From: Eukaryota sp. GEM-RC1
Taxonomy: Eukaryota
Length of the DNA stretch: 64,000 nt
Assembly (NCBI GenBank): GCA_040285855.1
Contig: JAUFOQ010000005.1
Location: 1,674,001 to 1,738,000 of the forward strand
Reading direction: 5' to 3'
Numbering within the stretch: position 1 is the stretch's first letter; the number at the start of each line of letters is the position of its first letter. The notes below the pieces were generated by a model, which had not been told where the DNA came from, did not search any database, and was given only the letters and a program-made list of their open reading frames with translations. The position numbers and the translations under genes are program-made. This document shows, one piece after another, positions 14,090 to 26,352 of the stretch.

Positions 14090-16628
14090 TCCTCATTTCT
14101 TTCTTTGTGTCTTTTTTTTACGGCCACCAGCAGCACGTCGAGAACGTACTGGTACCTGAGATTCGGGAAAATGAACATAAGGAGCGTCATGAGACTGAGA
14201 AAGTTCAAAACACCACCTCCATCAGTAGGAATATTCTGTAGATCAACACTTGTGAGTGAATGAAGTGATTCTCCACTGAACTGCAACATAAAATCGGTAG
14301 TTTCTGGTCGTGCATCTGACACTACATAGTCTCGAGGTGCATAGTTAACAAGAATCATACATTTTCCACCAGCTTCAGTTCTATATAAATTATGCGAAGC
14401 TTTCTCAAGCGAATAAAACTTGCTGTAGATATCTTCATAACTGGGTTGTTTCCGAGTACGAACTTCAACAGGAACATAACGATTGAACGAAATAGAAGGA
14501 ACAAACAAATCAAAACGACATTGAGGGTCTAATGGCAGAATAGCGACACCCAATTGACTTATACCGATGTTGGTAGCAGACTGATCATCAGGAGTGAAAG
14601 GAGATTCGGAGGAAGAATGTTCACTTAGAACATATTTGTGATCTAAGGGATGGTAAATAGCAACAACATCAGTATTAGAAAACTGAAAGAGCCATATCGA
14701 AGAGCAAAACAAGGAAATAAGAAGTTCGGAGATTTGGCTTCATAATGATGTACTGAACATTTGTGAGATTCGCAATGAAACACAGTTTCATAAAGCTTCT
14801 GATTTTCATCATTAGGCAACTCGATATGATTCTTTTCCAAATCAATTTCACCAACACACAGCCTGTAAAGAAAGGAAGAAATTGGTTTCTCTTTTCCTAC
14901 CACTTCAAAAGAGGGATGAATGAAATGGAAAACTGTAAAGATTTCATTGAGAAATGGAATAATTCTCCTGTCCAAATGGCCACGAAACGAAGGTTCCACA
15001 ATTATTGCAGAAAGAGTTTTAAAAACATTCGTTCTTTCAGCTTCCAAAAGATTATACATAGAATAGGAAACAGCATAAGCCGACAAGAGAGATTGTTGTA
15101 ACTCAACCTTAAAAGAAAAACGATCTCTTGCTACCCACTCAATCCACCCAAATTGAGATGATGAAGAAGATGATGGTTGATGATCAACGAGATCACTTTC
15201 AAATATAATGGAATTAATTCTAGCAGAGCGTCGTTGAACAAACTCCACTGATCGAAGTTTGGACACATTTGATCCGAGAACGGATGACGCGACACAAATA
15301 GCGGCAATCTCGAGGTTTTGTATCGTTTTTACAGACTCGGGGAATACCTTCATCCGAGCAATTTGCTCTATTTCAGAAAGAATATCCTCAATGGCATCAG
15401 AACACTTGGATTTAGTGGAAGAACGCAAACGATTGACAAAGACACCAATAGGAAAGAACCACCCACGGAAAATCAACTCAAGGAAATTGACTGTCTTGGT
15501 GAGAAAGGCATCTTGGGAATCAACATCTGGAAACTTTTGTTGAATCGCAGTACGCAGTATGTCTTGTACCCAGGTTGGTTTCGGTAACACAGACTTGTGC
15601 AAAAAGAAAAACTCTGGTTTAGTCCTGTTGACAGAATCAAGAGAAGCAAGATTTACCTGTTGATGTGATGGCAAATGTTCAAGAACTTCTGAACCAGTAT
15701 CAGCAAGGAAAGAACAACGAAAAGAGACAGGACAAGAAACAGCTCTAATACAACAAAAAAAAATCAGAAGAATTAATAATTTCGTTCACATTCCAATTCA
15801 AAACACTACACATCTCGTCAAGAACTACAATATGTGAAGTTTTAGGGAAAGCTTGGAAAAATCTGGAGCTTGATCTGTTTTAATCAAAGCAAGGAATTTC
15901 TCAACAATTGAGAGTTGTCCTTCAGGGCTGGTAGAGAAATGAAACCACGACTTGGGGTCCATGTTTCTTTGCTCATTGAAGACCTCCACATGTGCAAACA
16001 AAAGCTGTAAAAAAATAATCTGAATGGTCGCAATAAGCCCAACATTCTGTACACGTAAAGACATGAATTGACCACGCTCTATAATCAATTTGAAGGCCTC
16101 ACATGAAGGGGTGATTCCTGGAGTTCCTGCACCAAAGTTGAGGTAAAATCCATAATTGTTCTCAAGAGCGTCAGCAAGAGCAGCAGTTTTACCAGTACCT
16201 GATCCAGATACAACAAAGGCAATTCTACACCCAGCATCAGTTTTGTGGCCAAGAAAACTTTGAACAGTCTGAGCCATACCACTTCCAAAGTCGATCTCCA
16301 AAAAGTTCTGTTTGGATTCTGCCTGTAAGAAAAGAGAGATGAAACAGTCTCTGAGCGTGATGAAGGTGGAAACACGCTGTAACTTTGGTCCTCAAATTGG
16401 GTACATAAACCAGAAGGTGGAAGAATCCTAGGGCGATCTAAGACATAGGTTTTGAAATCAGTAAAATGTACTGGTTCTCCAGGTACTGTGACAACATAGG
16501 TAACGTCTATAGGGACACCTTGAGAACGCGAATGTAATACAAACACAATACTATCTGTTTCCAAATGGACAGAGACCAATTCAAATACAGTGACATGTGA
16601 ACCAAATAAGTTTATGAGGTCAGTTATG
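14090..16628 (-). pseudogene. Copy 2 of the NTPase gene, 5'-truncated at an inversion junction
   Basis: ORFs 16085-16579, 15825-16301, 14643-15674 and 14062-14712. Homology stops at ~16628, where orientation flips. Confidence 0.85.
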
Positions 16629-18921
16629 GTTCAGTTTAGTTCGATTCTAGATGATGCAGTTCATGGCGTTTCGTATGAAATATTTAAATGTCACGGTTTT
16701 AATGGGAAAATTGGACCTCTTTTGAGCATTAGGGTGATGATATTATTACCAATCCTCGACGAGGTGATCTCATTGATCCATATCTTGATTCTTGTCAAGC
16801 AGTGATAGATTTTACTACTGTTGATCCTTGTGCAAAAGTGTGATATTTGAATTCAGTTTCGGGTGAATCCGATAATTATATCCAACGATGAAACTAGAAA
16901 GATTGGTACTGATTCTGACACAATAAAGAAACTGAATTCCGATTTGTATTCTTCTTTTAAATTCATTCCTTTTGATATATCAATTCTTTGTAATATTGGA
17001 AGTGCTGCTGAAAGTTTCTTTGATGTCTTTTGAAAACTGTGTCGTGATCAACGGAACAAATTTTATGTCTTCAATCAAGATGTCTTGACCTGACTTGTAA
17101 TTCCAGTGGATCAGCTGTTATGTTTTATTGTTGAATTAAATACTGTTGAATGATTTGTTATGTTTGGACTCAAAAATGTGAACGAATACCTTTTTATATC
17201 TTTCCATCCAAAACTGGATTCTAAATATGCATTCAGACAAACAAGTGCTTGAGCATTGAAAATTCGCAAACAGTGAGTGTCTCACTACCGGAAGATTGTA
17301 GATGCGTAAATCATTCCCTATATGTCTTTGAACTACAGAACATGGACTGTGTAGTCGGAGTTATCGTGACCTAAGTGGGGACGTATCCTAACCTGATCTT
17401 ATTCTAACTCTGTAACAGCCTTACCAATAGAGATTCTAAGCCACAATTGTTTTGAAAATTTCAATTTGTTATGTTGTCAATTTTGTTGTAGTATGCGTGA
17501 AATGCTTTCTCTGTTTTATATTGGGAGGTATTTTTGTGTATATAGCACATAAGAATGAGAAGTAGAGCTGATTGGTTTATAAGCTTCTTCTTTACTTCAG
17601 CTTTCCATAACGAATTCCTCCAAAAATGAAATCCGAACGTGTAATCATCCAGATGAACATTTACAAACTTCAGAATTGTCTAACATTGTGATCAACTACT
17701 ATGATACAAGTAGTTACGTAACATTTTGGTTCTTCTTCTTATATTGCCATAATAAACAGGCTTATCGTTGTACCGCTGGACAGCACCTGCAATTCTTATT
17801 TGACAAATTTAGTGTGTTTCTCAGAAAACACTGAGTGAAGCTCAAGATTACTGATTCGGTCGTTCGGTTAAGTTTGACAAAATTCTGAAGGCCATCTTCT
17901 TTCATATCTCATCATTGTTACCGAAGTGTAGAAGAAAGAAGGAATGGAGTGAGGAGATTATGGTCAGAATCCAGATGCTAATGTGGTTGACCATGAGGAC
18001 TATAATAAACCAAATGTCATAACAGATAATCTCGTTCAATCTGCCAACAAACTACTAACAGGACTAAAACTACGAGTTGATTTAGTACGGTGATTTGGCT
18101 GGTTCTGGATTTTCTACATTTAATTGATTCACAGATTCACAACAAGTTGGGTTCAATCAACTCAAGGAAAATTGATGAATAATTTGGATCTGCCTTAATT
18201 ATTTAATTATAATACTTCGAAATTATTACTCAGTTTCAAAACATCAGTTAAGGCTCCAGTACCTTCATTGGCAATAGAGTTTTGATCTAAACCAAATTTT
18301 GTAATTGTTTTAGATCTGGTTTTGACATTAAAGCATAAAAATATATATATAAGAAGTATTCACTTCCAATGTTCTGTCAAGGCTGTAACACCATCGTCAT
18401 CAATAGAGTTGTCACACAACACAGAATTGAACGACTCCCAAGACAGAATTAATAAATTAAAGACTAACAACACAACTAAGCGGAAACTAAACATGGGGCC
18501 AATTGCAGAACATGCAGAAGTGCTAATAAGTTGGCTGCCATGAACAAGCAATTGGTGATGGGGAACTATTTTGGTGCTCTGTTTGTTTTGCTGTATGAAT
18601 CATGTGTAACTAGAACATTGCAAAAAATGACGACATCAGTCAGTCCTCGTTTTCTTCCAGTGTGTTAGTGTTGATGATCCACAATACATTTAAATACAAA
18701 TATCAGAGATTGATGTTATTAACTGTCGATTAGCGGTACAACTATTATCTTCTATAAAACAAACAACACTTATCGTGCAAATTGAGAAACTCGTTTGTTC
18801 TATTCATTCTCATTCCAGTATTCATTGGGCTACAAACATGTCCGTCATATATTTCAGCAGGTCCCAGATTGATAATGAACTGAGCTGCTCATAATGAAGT
18901 CATTCCTAGGGTTCATGACTT

Positions 18922-20521
18922 CAGTTCTTGAACATTTGCCATCACATCAACAGGTAAATCTTGCTTCTCTTGATTCTGTCAACAGGACTAAACCAGAGTT
19001 TTTCTTTTGCACAAGTCTGTGTTACCGAAACCAACCTGGGTACAAGACATACTGCGTACTGCGATTCAACAAAAGTTTCCAGATGTTGATTCCCAAGATG
19101 CCTTTCTCACCAAGACAGTCAATTTCCTTGAGTTGATTTTCCGTGGGTGGTTCTTTCCTATTGGTGTCTTTGTCAATCGTTTGCGTTCTTCCACTAAATC
19201 CAAGTGTTCTGATGCCATTGAGGATATTCTTTTTGAAATAGAGCAAATTGCTCGGATGAAGGTATTCCCCGAGTCTGTAAAAACGATACAAAACCTCGAG
19301 ATTGCCGCTATTTGTGTCGCGTCATCCGTTCTCGGATCAAATGTGTCCAAACTTCGATCAGTGGAGTTTGTTCAACGACGCTCTGCTAGAATTAATTCCA
19401 TTATATTTGAAAGTGATCTCGTTGATCATCAACCATCATCTTCTTCATCATCTCAATTTGGGTGGATTGAGTGGGTAGCAAGAGATCGTTTTTCTTTTAA
19501 GGTTGAGTTACAACAATCTCTCTTGTCGGCTTATGCTGTTTCCTATTCTATGTATAATCTTTTGGAAGCTGAAAGAACGAATGTTTTTAAAACTCTTTCT
19601 GCAATAATTGTGGAACCTTCGTTTCGTGGCCATTTGGACAGGAGAATTATTCCATTTCTCAATGAAATCTTTACAGTTTTCCATTTCATTCATCCCTCTT
19701 TTGAAGTGGTAGGAAAAGAGAAACCAATTTCTTCCTTTCTTTACAGGCTGTGTGTTGGTGAAATTGATTTGGAAAAGAATCATATCGAGTTGCCTAATGA
19801 TGAAAATCAGAAGCTTTATGAAACTGTGTTTCATTGCGAATCTCACAAATGTTCAGTACATCATTATGAAGCCAAATCTCCGAACTTCTTGTTTCCTTGT
19901 TTTGCTCTTCGATATGGCTCTTTCAGTTTTTCTAATACTGATGTTGTTGCTATTTACCATCCCTTAGATGACAAATATGTTCTAAGTGAACATTCTTCCG
20001 CCGAATCTCCTTTCACTCCTGATGATCAATCTGCTACCAACATCGGTATAAGTCAATTGGGTGTCGCTATTCTGCCATTAGACCCTCAATGTCGTTTTGA
20101 TTTGTTTGTTCCTTCTATTTCGTTCAATCGTTATGTTCCTGTTGAAGTTCGTACTCGGAAACAACCCAGTTATGAAGATATCTACAGCAAGTTTTATTCG
20201 CTTGAGAAAGCTTCGCATAATTTATATAGAACTGAAGCTGGTGGAAAATGTATGATTCTTGTTAACTATGCACCTCGAAACTATGTAGTGTCAGATGCAC
20301 GACCAGAAACTACCGATTTTATGTTGCAGTTCAGTGGAGAATCACTTCATTCACCCACAAGTGTTGATCAACAGGATATTCCTACTGATGGAGGTGCTGT
20401 TTTTGAACTTCCTCAGTCTCATGACCCTCCTTATGTTCATTTTCCCGAACCTGAGGAACCAGTACGTTCTCGGCGTGCTGCCTGTGCTGGCCGTAAAAAA
20501 AAGACACAAAGAAAGAAATGA
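18922..20521 (+). pseudogene. Copy 3 of the NTPase gene: C-terminal half only, lacking the Walker motifs
   Basis: The 504-aa ORF 19007-20521 is near-identical to the C-terminal part of 37979-40507 and is fused at ~18921 to spacer sequence. Confidence 0.85.
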
Positions 20522-20642
20522 GGAGATTCCTCAGTATCTATGCTCTGTTTAGTTGTACTTGTTTCACGTGTGTCTCTCAAACTTCTTTGATTCTCTTATA
20601 TTCAATAAACCAATGTTTTTGTATTAACTATTACTAAACTGT

Positions 20643-20907
20643 GCATTGAATTTTTTAAACGAATTCGAAGAAATCGTAAAAAGTAGGATGAACAAACGTT
20701 TTGATCATGTGTTATGGTTGAATCGGATCGTTTTTACTGTTATTAAAACAATTCCCCTAATCATCTCCAAAGCTTTATTAGCAGTGAGTTCCTTTTATGA
20801 GGGCAAAACTGTTGTACGGATTGATAGCGGCGGGTGTTGTTTTAATGATATCAAATTTTAGTTGTTTGATCTATTACATTTATAATAAAATAAGAAAACG
20901 GAAAAAA
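20643..20907 (+). mobile_element. 265-bp 3'-end insertion of an RLE-type retroelement (second copy at ~5590-5852, minus strand)
   Basis: 10-bp TSD ACTAAACTGT (20633-20642, 20908-20917) and an A-rich tail. Peptide FLNEFEEIVKSRMNKRFDHVLWLNRIVF resembles the C-terminus at 11831-12049. Empty sites at ~13975 and ~40775. Confidence 0.75.
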
Positions 20908-20961
20908 ACTAAACTGTAGTTCAAAGAAGGGTATATACACCCACTCACCAGTTGTTAGAAG

Positions 20962-21493
20962 CAGGGATTCCGTTTTATTGTATTGTATTGTATTGACGCT
21001 TCAAATTTTGGAACAATAAGTTATTGCAATTATTGAACAATAATTCTTTTTACTTCAGTTATCAGTGACTTATCACATTCTGGGTCAGTGTTTGTCAAGA
21101 AAGAACAATTTACAACAACAAACACTATATAACCTATTTACTTATTTTTCATCACTTCCCTCACAGTTTCTACATTCCACATTTGTAGTGAAGCACCAAT
21201 TGTAAGGATAAATTGAGAGAATTTTAAACAAGAGCAGGACGGTCCTCCATGAGTCGTCGTGCTCTTGAAAAGAGTCTTCCAGCTTCGTTAGGGCAAGAAG
21301 GAATAGAATTAGGACAGTAGTAAGAGCTTTCCTGGGTTGTAGCATTTTGTTGCTCAACTAGAGAAAAGAAAGCACCACAGATTTCTATCGAAATATATAC
21401 GATGTTGAAGAAAAAATATTGTTTTTATTGTGAAAGATCAACAATAAATTATTGCAATTATTGACCTCAACAATTATGTATTCGGAATCCCTG
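20962..21493. mobile_element. Non-autonomous hAT-type MITE (same insertion as 4999-5534)
   Basis: TIR CAGGGATTCCG, 8-bp TSD GTTAGAAG (20954-20961, 21494-21501). Confidence 0.9.
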
Positions 21494-24400
21494 GTTAGAA
21501 GACCTTCTGATGTGTTAGATCCTACTCAAACGGCATGCGTGATTACAAATAAAAACGAAATGAAATTATCAATCTCCAATCTACTGACAGTTCGACAATT
21601 ATATCAATGAACTTAAAACGGACAAGCCAGTGAACGACTGATATTTAAATTTGAGTTGTTCATTTAAAAGCACCACACTTAGCAGCTAGTCCACACAAAT
21701 TGTGGTATGTGAAAGTGTTGCCAAGAACTTTCATATATTAAATTGGTTGTATGACACCAACAACAACTGTCGGAAATATGTGCTATACACTTGGTCAACA
21801 ACGAAGACAAGATTTGTCTTGACGAATAGTTGACAATAGTTGTGTTCTTGATATGGTATAAACAGTGTATCTCTTACGCTGTGAAATTTGGCAATCTGAA
21901 ATTATGTTTCCTGATACTCGCATTCAGTCGTTCAATTACACTTCAAAAGTTGTTACCCAATGCAATTCTTTAGAATTCATCTAAATAGCATCCATTATTT
22001 TGAGCCTAGACCTTATGGTCTTCATCTCAATAATGAGGATTGGAAATTTAACAATCGTCCTGACTTATGACTTATAAAATAACAAATTTGTCCCATCACA
22101 AAAACAAAAACTGATACATAAGAAACTCAACAGCAGCTAGAAAAAGGACGAATTGTAATAATGAAAGGTATGTAAACATCGTAGAACTTCTTTGGAAGAA
22201 TCTTAAAGAATATCTAGGTTGGGGCAAATGAAGAGCATGTACGTGACCCAGAATAAGTTAGAACACAACTAACAGCAAACATTGATTGAGAATATGAACT
22301 TCTTTAACAGAAGTACAGTAGGAAAATAAAGACACGTACATTGAGACCAGGACTGATTGTAAGAAACTACAGTACATTGCAAACTATACTATACTAATTA
22401 GAAGTGTGGACAAGGGAAGAGGGGAGATGAAAGAACTAGCGATGGAGAATACAAATGGAAGAGACTACGATGTCAGGAGATGTACAGGGAGAAACCACAT
22501 CGTTTACTGCCAATCGAACCAGCGGTACGCCAGGAACCTAAAATCCTGTATGTGAAAACCAAGGAACTGATCGAATTGTTTCGTTGAACTCGTAAGTCTT
22601 TTTTCAAGAAAAAGTAAGAGTTCCACGCGAGAAGTTGACTTAGATCAGTCGAAGGAAACTATTGGAAGACAGGCGATATAAAGAGGGGATACAGAACATG
22701 GGTTGGTTAATCTTTAAAAAGGTTTAAAGGGTAATGTCTGCTACATCATACGAAAGAATGCCTGAAAACCTCAAATTGAACCCACAAGGGGTGTAACACA
22801 CAATCAGACCATAAACCAAAGAAACTGCTCAACAAAAGAAGAATGAATCTGTGAATACATAACGGAATTTTAGTAGGTGTGAAACTGCAATTATTGAACA
22901 ATAATTCTTTTTACTTCAGTTATCAGTTAATTATCACATTCTGGGTCAGTGTTTGTCAAGAAAGAACAATTTACAACAACAAACACTATATAACCTATTT
23001 ACTTATTTTTCATCACTTCCCTCACAGTTTCTACATTCCACATTTGTAGTAAAGCACCAATTGTAAGGATAAATTGAGAGAATTTTAAACAAGAGCAGGA
23101 CGGTCCTCCATGAGTCGTCGTGCTCTTGAAAAGAGTCTTCCAGCTTCGTTAGGGCAAGAAGGAATAGAATTAGGACAGTAGTAAGAGCTTTCCTGGGTTG
23201 TAGCATTTTGTTGCTCAACTAGAGAAAAGAAAGCACCACAGATTTCTATCGAAATATATACGATGTTGAAGAAAAAATATTGTTTTTATTGTGAAAGATC
23301 AACAATAAATTATTGCAATTATTGACCTCAACAATTATGTATTCGGAATCCCTGGTTAGAAGACATTCTGATGTGTTAGATCCTACTCAAACGGCATGCG
23401 TGATTACAAATAAAAACGAAATGAAATTATCAATCTCCAATCTACTGACAGTTCGACAATTATATCAATGAACTTAAAACGGACAAGCCAGTGAACGACT
23501 GATATTTAAATTTGAGTTGTTCATTTAAAAGCACCACACTTAGCAGCTAGTCCACACAAATTGTGGTATGTGAAAGTGTTGCCAAGAACTTTCATATATT
23601 AAATTGGTTGTATGACACCAACAACAACTGTCGGAAATATGTGCTATACACTTGGTCAACAACGAAGACAAGATTTGTCTTGACGAATAGTTGACAATAG
23701 TTGTGTTCTTGATATGGTATAAACAGTGTATCTCTTACGCTGTGAAATTTGGCAATCTGAAATTATGTTTCCTGATACTCGCATTCAGTCGTTCAATTAC
23801 ACTTCAAAAGTTGTTACCCAATGCAATTCTTTAAAATTCATCTAAATAGCATCCATTATTTTGAGCCTAGACCTTATGGTCTTCATCTCAATAATGAGGA
23901 TTGGAAATTTAACATTCGTCCTGACTTATGACTTATAAAATAACAAATTTGTCCCATCACAAAAACAAAAACTGATACATAAGAAACTCAACAGCAGCTA
24001 GAAAAAGGACGAATTGTAATAATGAAAGGTATGTAAACATCGTAGAACTTCTTTGGAAGAATCTTAAAGAATATCTAGGTTGGGGCAAATGAAGAGCATG
24101 TACGTGACCCAGAATAAGTTAGAACACAACTAACAGCAAACATTGATTGAGAATATGAACTTCTTTAACAGAAGTACAGTAGGAAAATAAAGACACGTAC
24201 ATTGAGACCAGGACTGATTGTAAGAAACTACAGTACATTGCAAACTATACTATACTAATTAGAAGTGTGGACAAGGGAAGAGGGGAGATGAAAGAACTAG
24301 CGATGGAGAATACAAATGGAAGAGACTACGATGTCAGGAGATGTACAGGGAGAAACCACATCGTTTACTGCCAATCGAACCAGCGGTACGCCAGGAACCT

Positions 24401-25773
24401 AAAATCCTGTATGTGAAAACCAAGGAACTGATCGAATTGTTTCGTTGAACTCGTAAGTCTTTTTTCAAGAAAAAGTAAGAGTTCCACGCGAGAAGTTGAC
24501 TTAGATCAGTCGAAGGAAACTATTGGAAGACGGGCGATATAAAGAGGGGATACAGAACATGGGTTGGTTAATCTTTAAAAAGGTTTAAAGGGTAATGTCT
24601 GCTACATCATACGAAAGAATGCCTGAAAACCTCAAATTGAACCCACAAGGGGTGTAACACACAAGCAGACCATAAACCAAAGAAACTGCTCAACAAAAAG
24701 AAGAATGAATCTGTGAATACATAACGGAATTTTAGTAGGTGTGAAACTGCAATTATTGAACAATAATTCTTTTTACTTCAGTTATCAGTTAATTATCACA
24801 TTCTGGGTCAGTGTTTGTCAAGAAAGAACAATTTACAACAACAAACACTATATAACCTATTTACTTATTTTTCATCACTTCCCTCACAGTTTCTACATTC
24901 CACATTTGTAGTGAAGCACCAATTGTAAGGATAAATTGAGAGAATTTTAAACAAGAGCAGGACGGTCCTCCATGAGTCGTCGTGCTCTTGAAAAGAGTCT
25001 TCCAGCTTCGTTAGGGCAAGAAGGAATAGAATTAGGACAGTAGTAAGAGCTTTCCTGGGTTGTAGCATTTTGTTGCTCAACTAGAGAAAAGAAAGCACCA
25101 CAGATTTCTATCGAAATATATACGATGTTGAAGAAAAAATATTGTTTTTATTGTGAAAGATCAACAATAAATTATTGCAATTATTGACCTCAACAATTAT
25201 GTATTCGGAATCCCTGGTTAGAAGACATTCTGATGTGTTAGATCCTACTCAAACGGCATGCGTGATTACAAATAAAAACGAAATGAAATTATCAATCTCC
25301 AATCTACTGACAGTTCGACAATTATATCAATGAACTTAAAACGGACAAGCCAGTGAACGACTGATATTTAAATTTGAGTTGTTCATTTAAAAGCACCACA
25401 CTTAGCAGCTAGTCCACACAAATTGTGGTATGTGAAAGTGTTGCCAAGAACTTTCATATATTAAATTGGTTGTATGACACCAACAACAACTGTCGGAAAT
25501 ATGTGCTATACACTTGGTCAACAACGAAGACAAGATTTGTCTTGACGAATAGTTGACAATAGTTGTGTTCTTGATATGGTATAAACAGTGTATCTCTTAC
25601 GCTGTGAAATTTGGCAATCTGAAATTATGTTTCCTGATACTCGCATTCAGTCGTTCAATTACACTTCAAAAGTTGTTACCCAATGCAATTCTTTAAAATT
25701 CATCTAAATAGCATCCATTATTTTGAGCCTAGACCTTATGGTCTTCATCTCAATAATGAGGATTGGAAATTTA
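21025..25773 (+). repeat. Tandem array, ~2.5 copies of a 1861-1862-bp chimeric unit
   Basis: Identical 71-aa ORFs at 21142, 23003 and 24865. Unit starts at TGCAATTATTG (21025, 22886, 24748). Confidence 0.92.
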
Positions 25774-26246
25774 ACCTTCGTCTTCACCTATGTCGGTTTC
25801 CATCTGAATTGTTAGATAATAATGTGTGTTGCTGTGATAAGGACCAACAGCTGACTTCAAACCCATTATTAGTTGCAAAAAATTCTTCAGTTTAGATCGA
25901 TTCTAGAAAATGCAGTGTATGGCGTTTCGTATGAAATATTTAAATGTCACGGTTTTAATGCGAAAATTGGACCTCTTTTTGAGCATTAGGGTGATGATAT
26001 TATTACCAATCCTCGACGAGGTGATCTCATTGATCCATATCTTGATTCTTGTCAAGCAGTGAAAGATTTTACTACTGTTGATCCATGTGCAAAAGTGTAT
26101 TATTTGAATTCAGTTTCGAGTGAATCCGATAATTATATCCAAAGATGAAACTAGAAAGATTGGTACTGATTCTGACACAATAAAGAAACTGAATTCCGAT
26201 TTGTATTCTTCTTTTAAATTCATTCCTTTTGATGTATCAATTCTTT

Positions 26247-26337
26247 TGTTAGCCACAGGTGTTAGTGAAGTGTTACTAGTACGTATAATTTGATTTATAA
26301 ACACCCTTTACCTTCCCCTTTGCACCTTTAGGTATTA
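26247..26337 (+). repeat. 5' LTR of element B (91 bp, TG...TA)
   Basis: Identical to 32960-33050. Confidence 0.95.
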
Positions 26338-26352
26338 ATAATTATTATCCTC

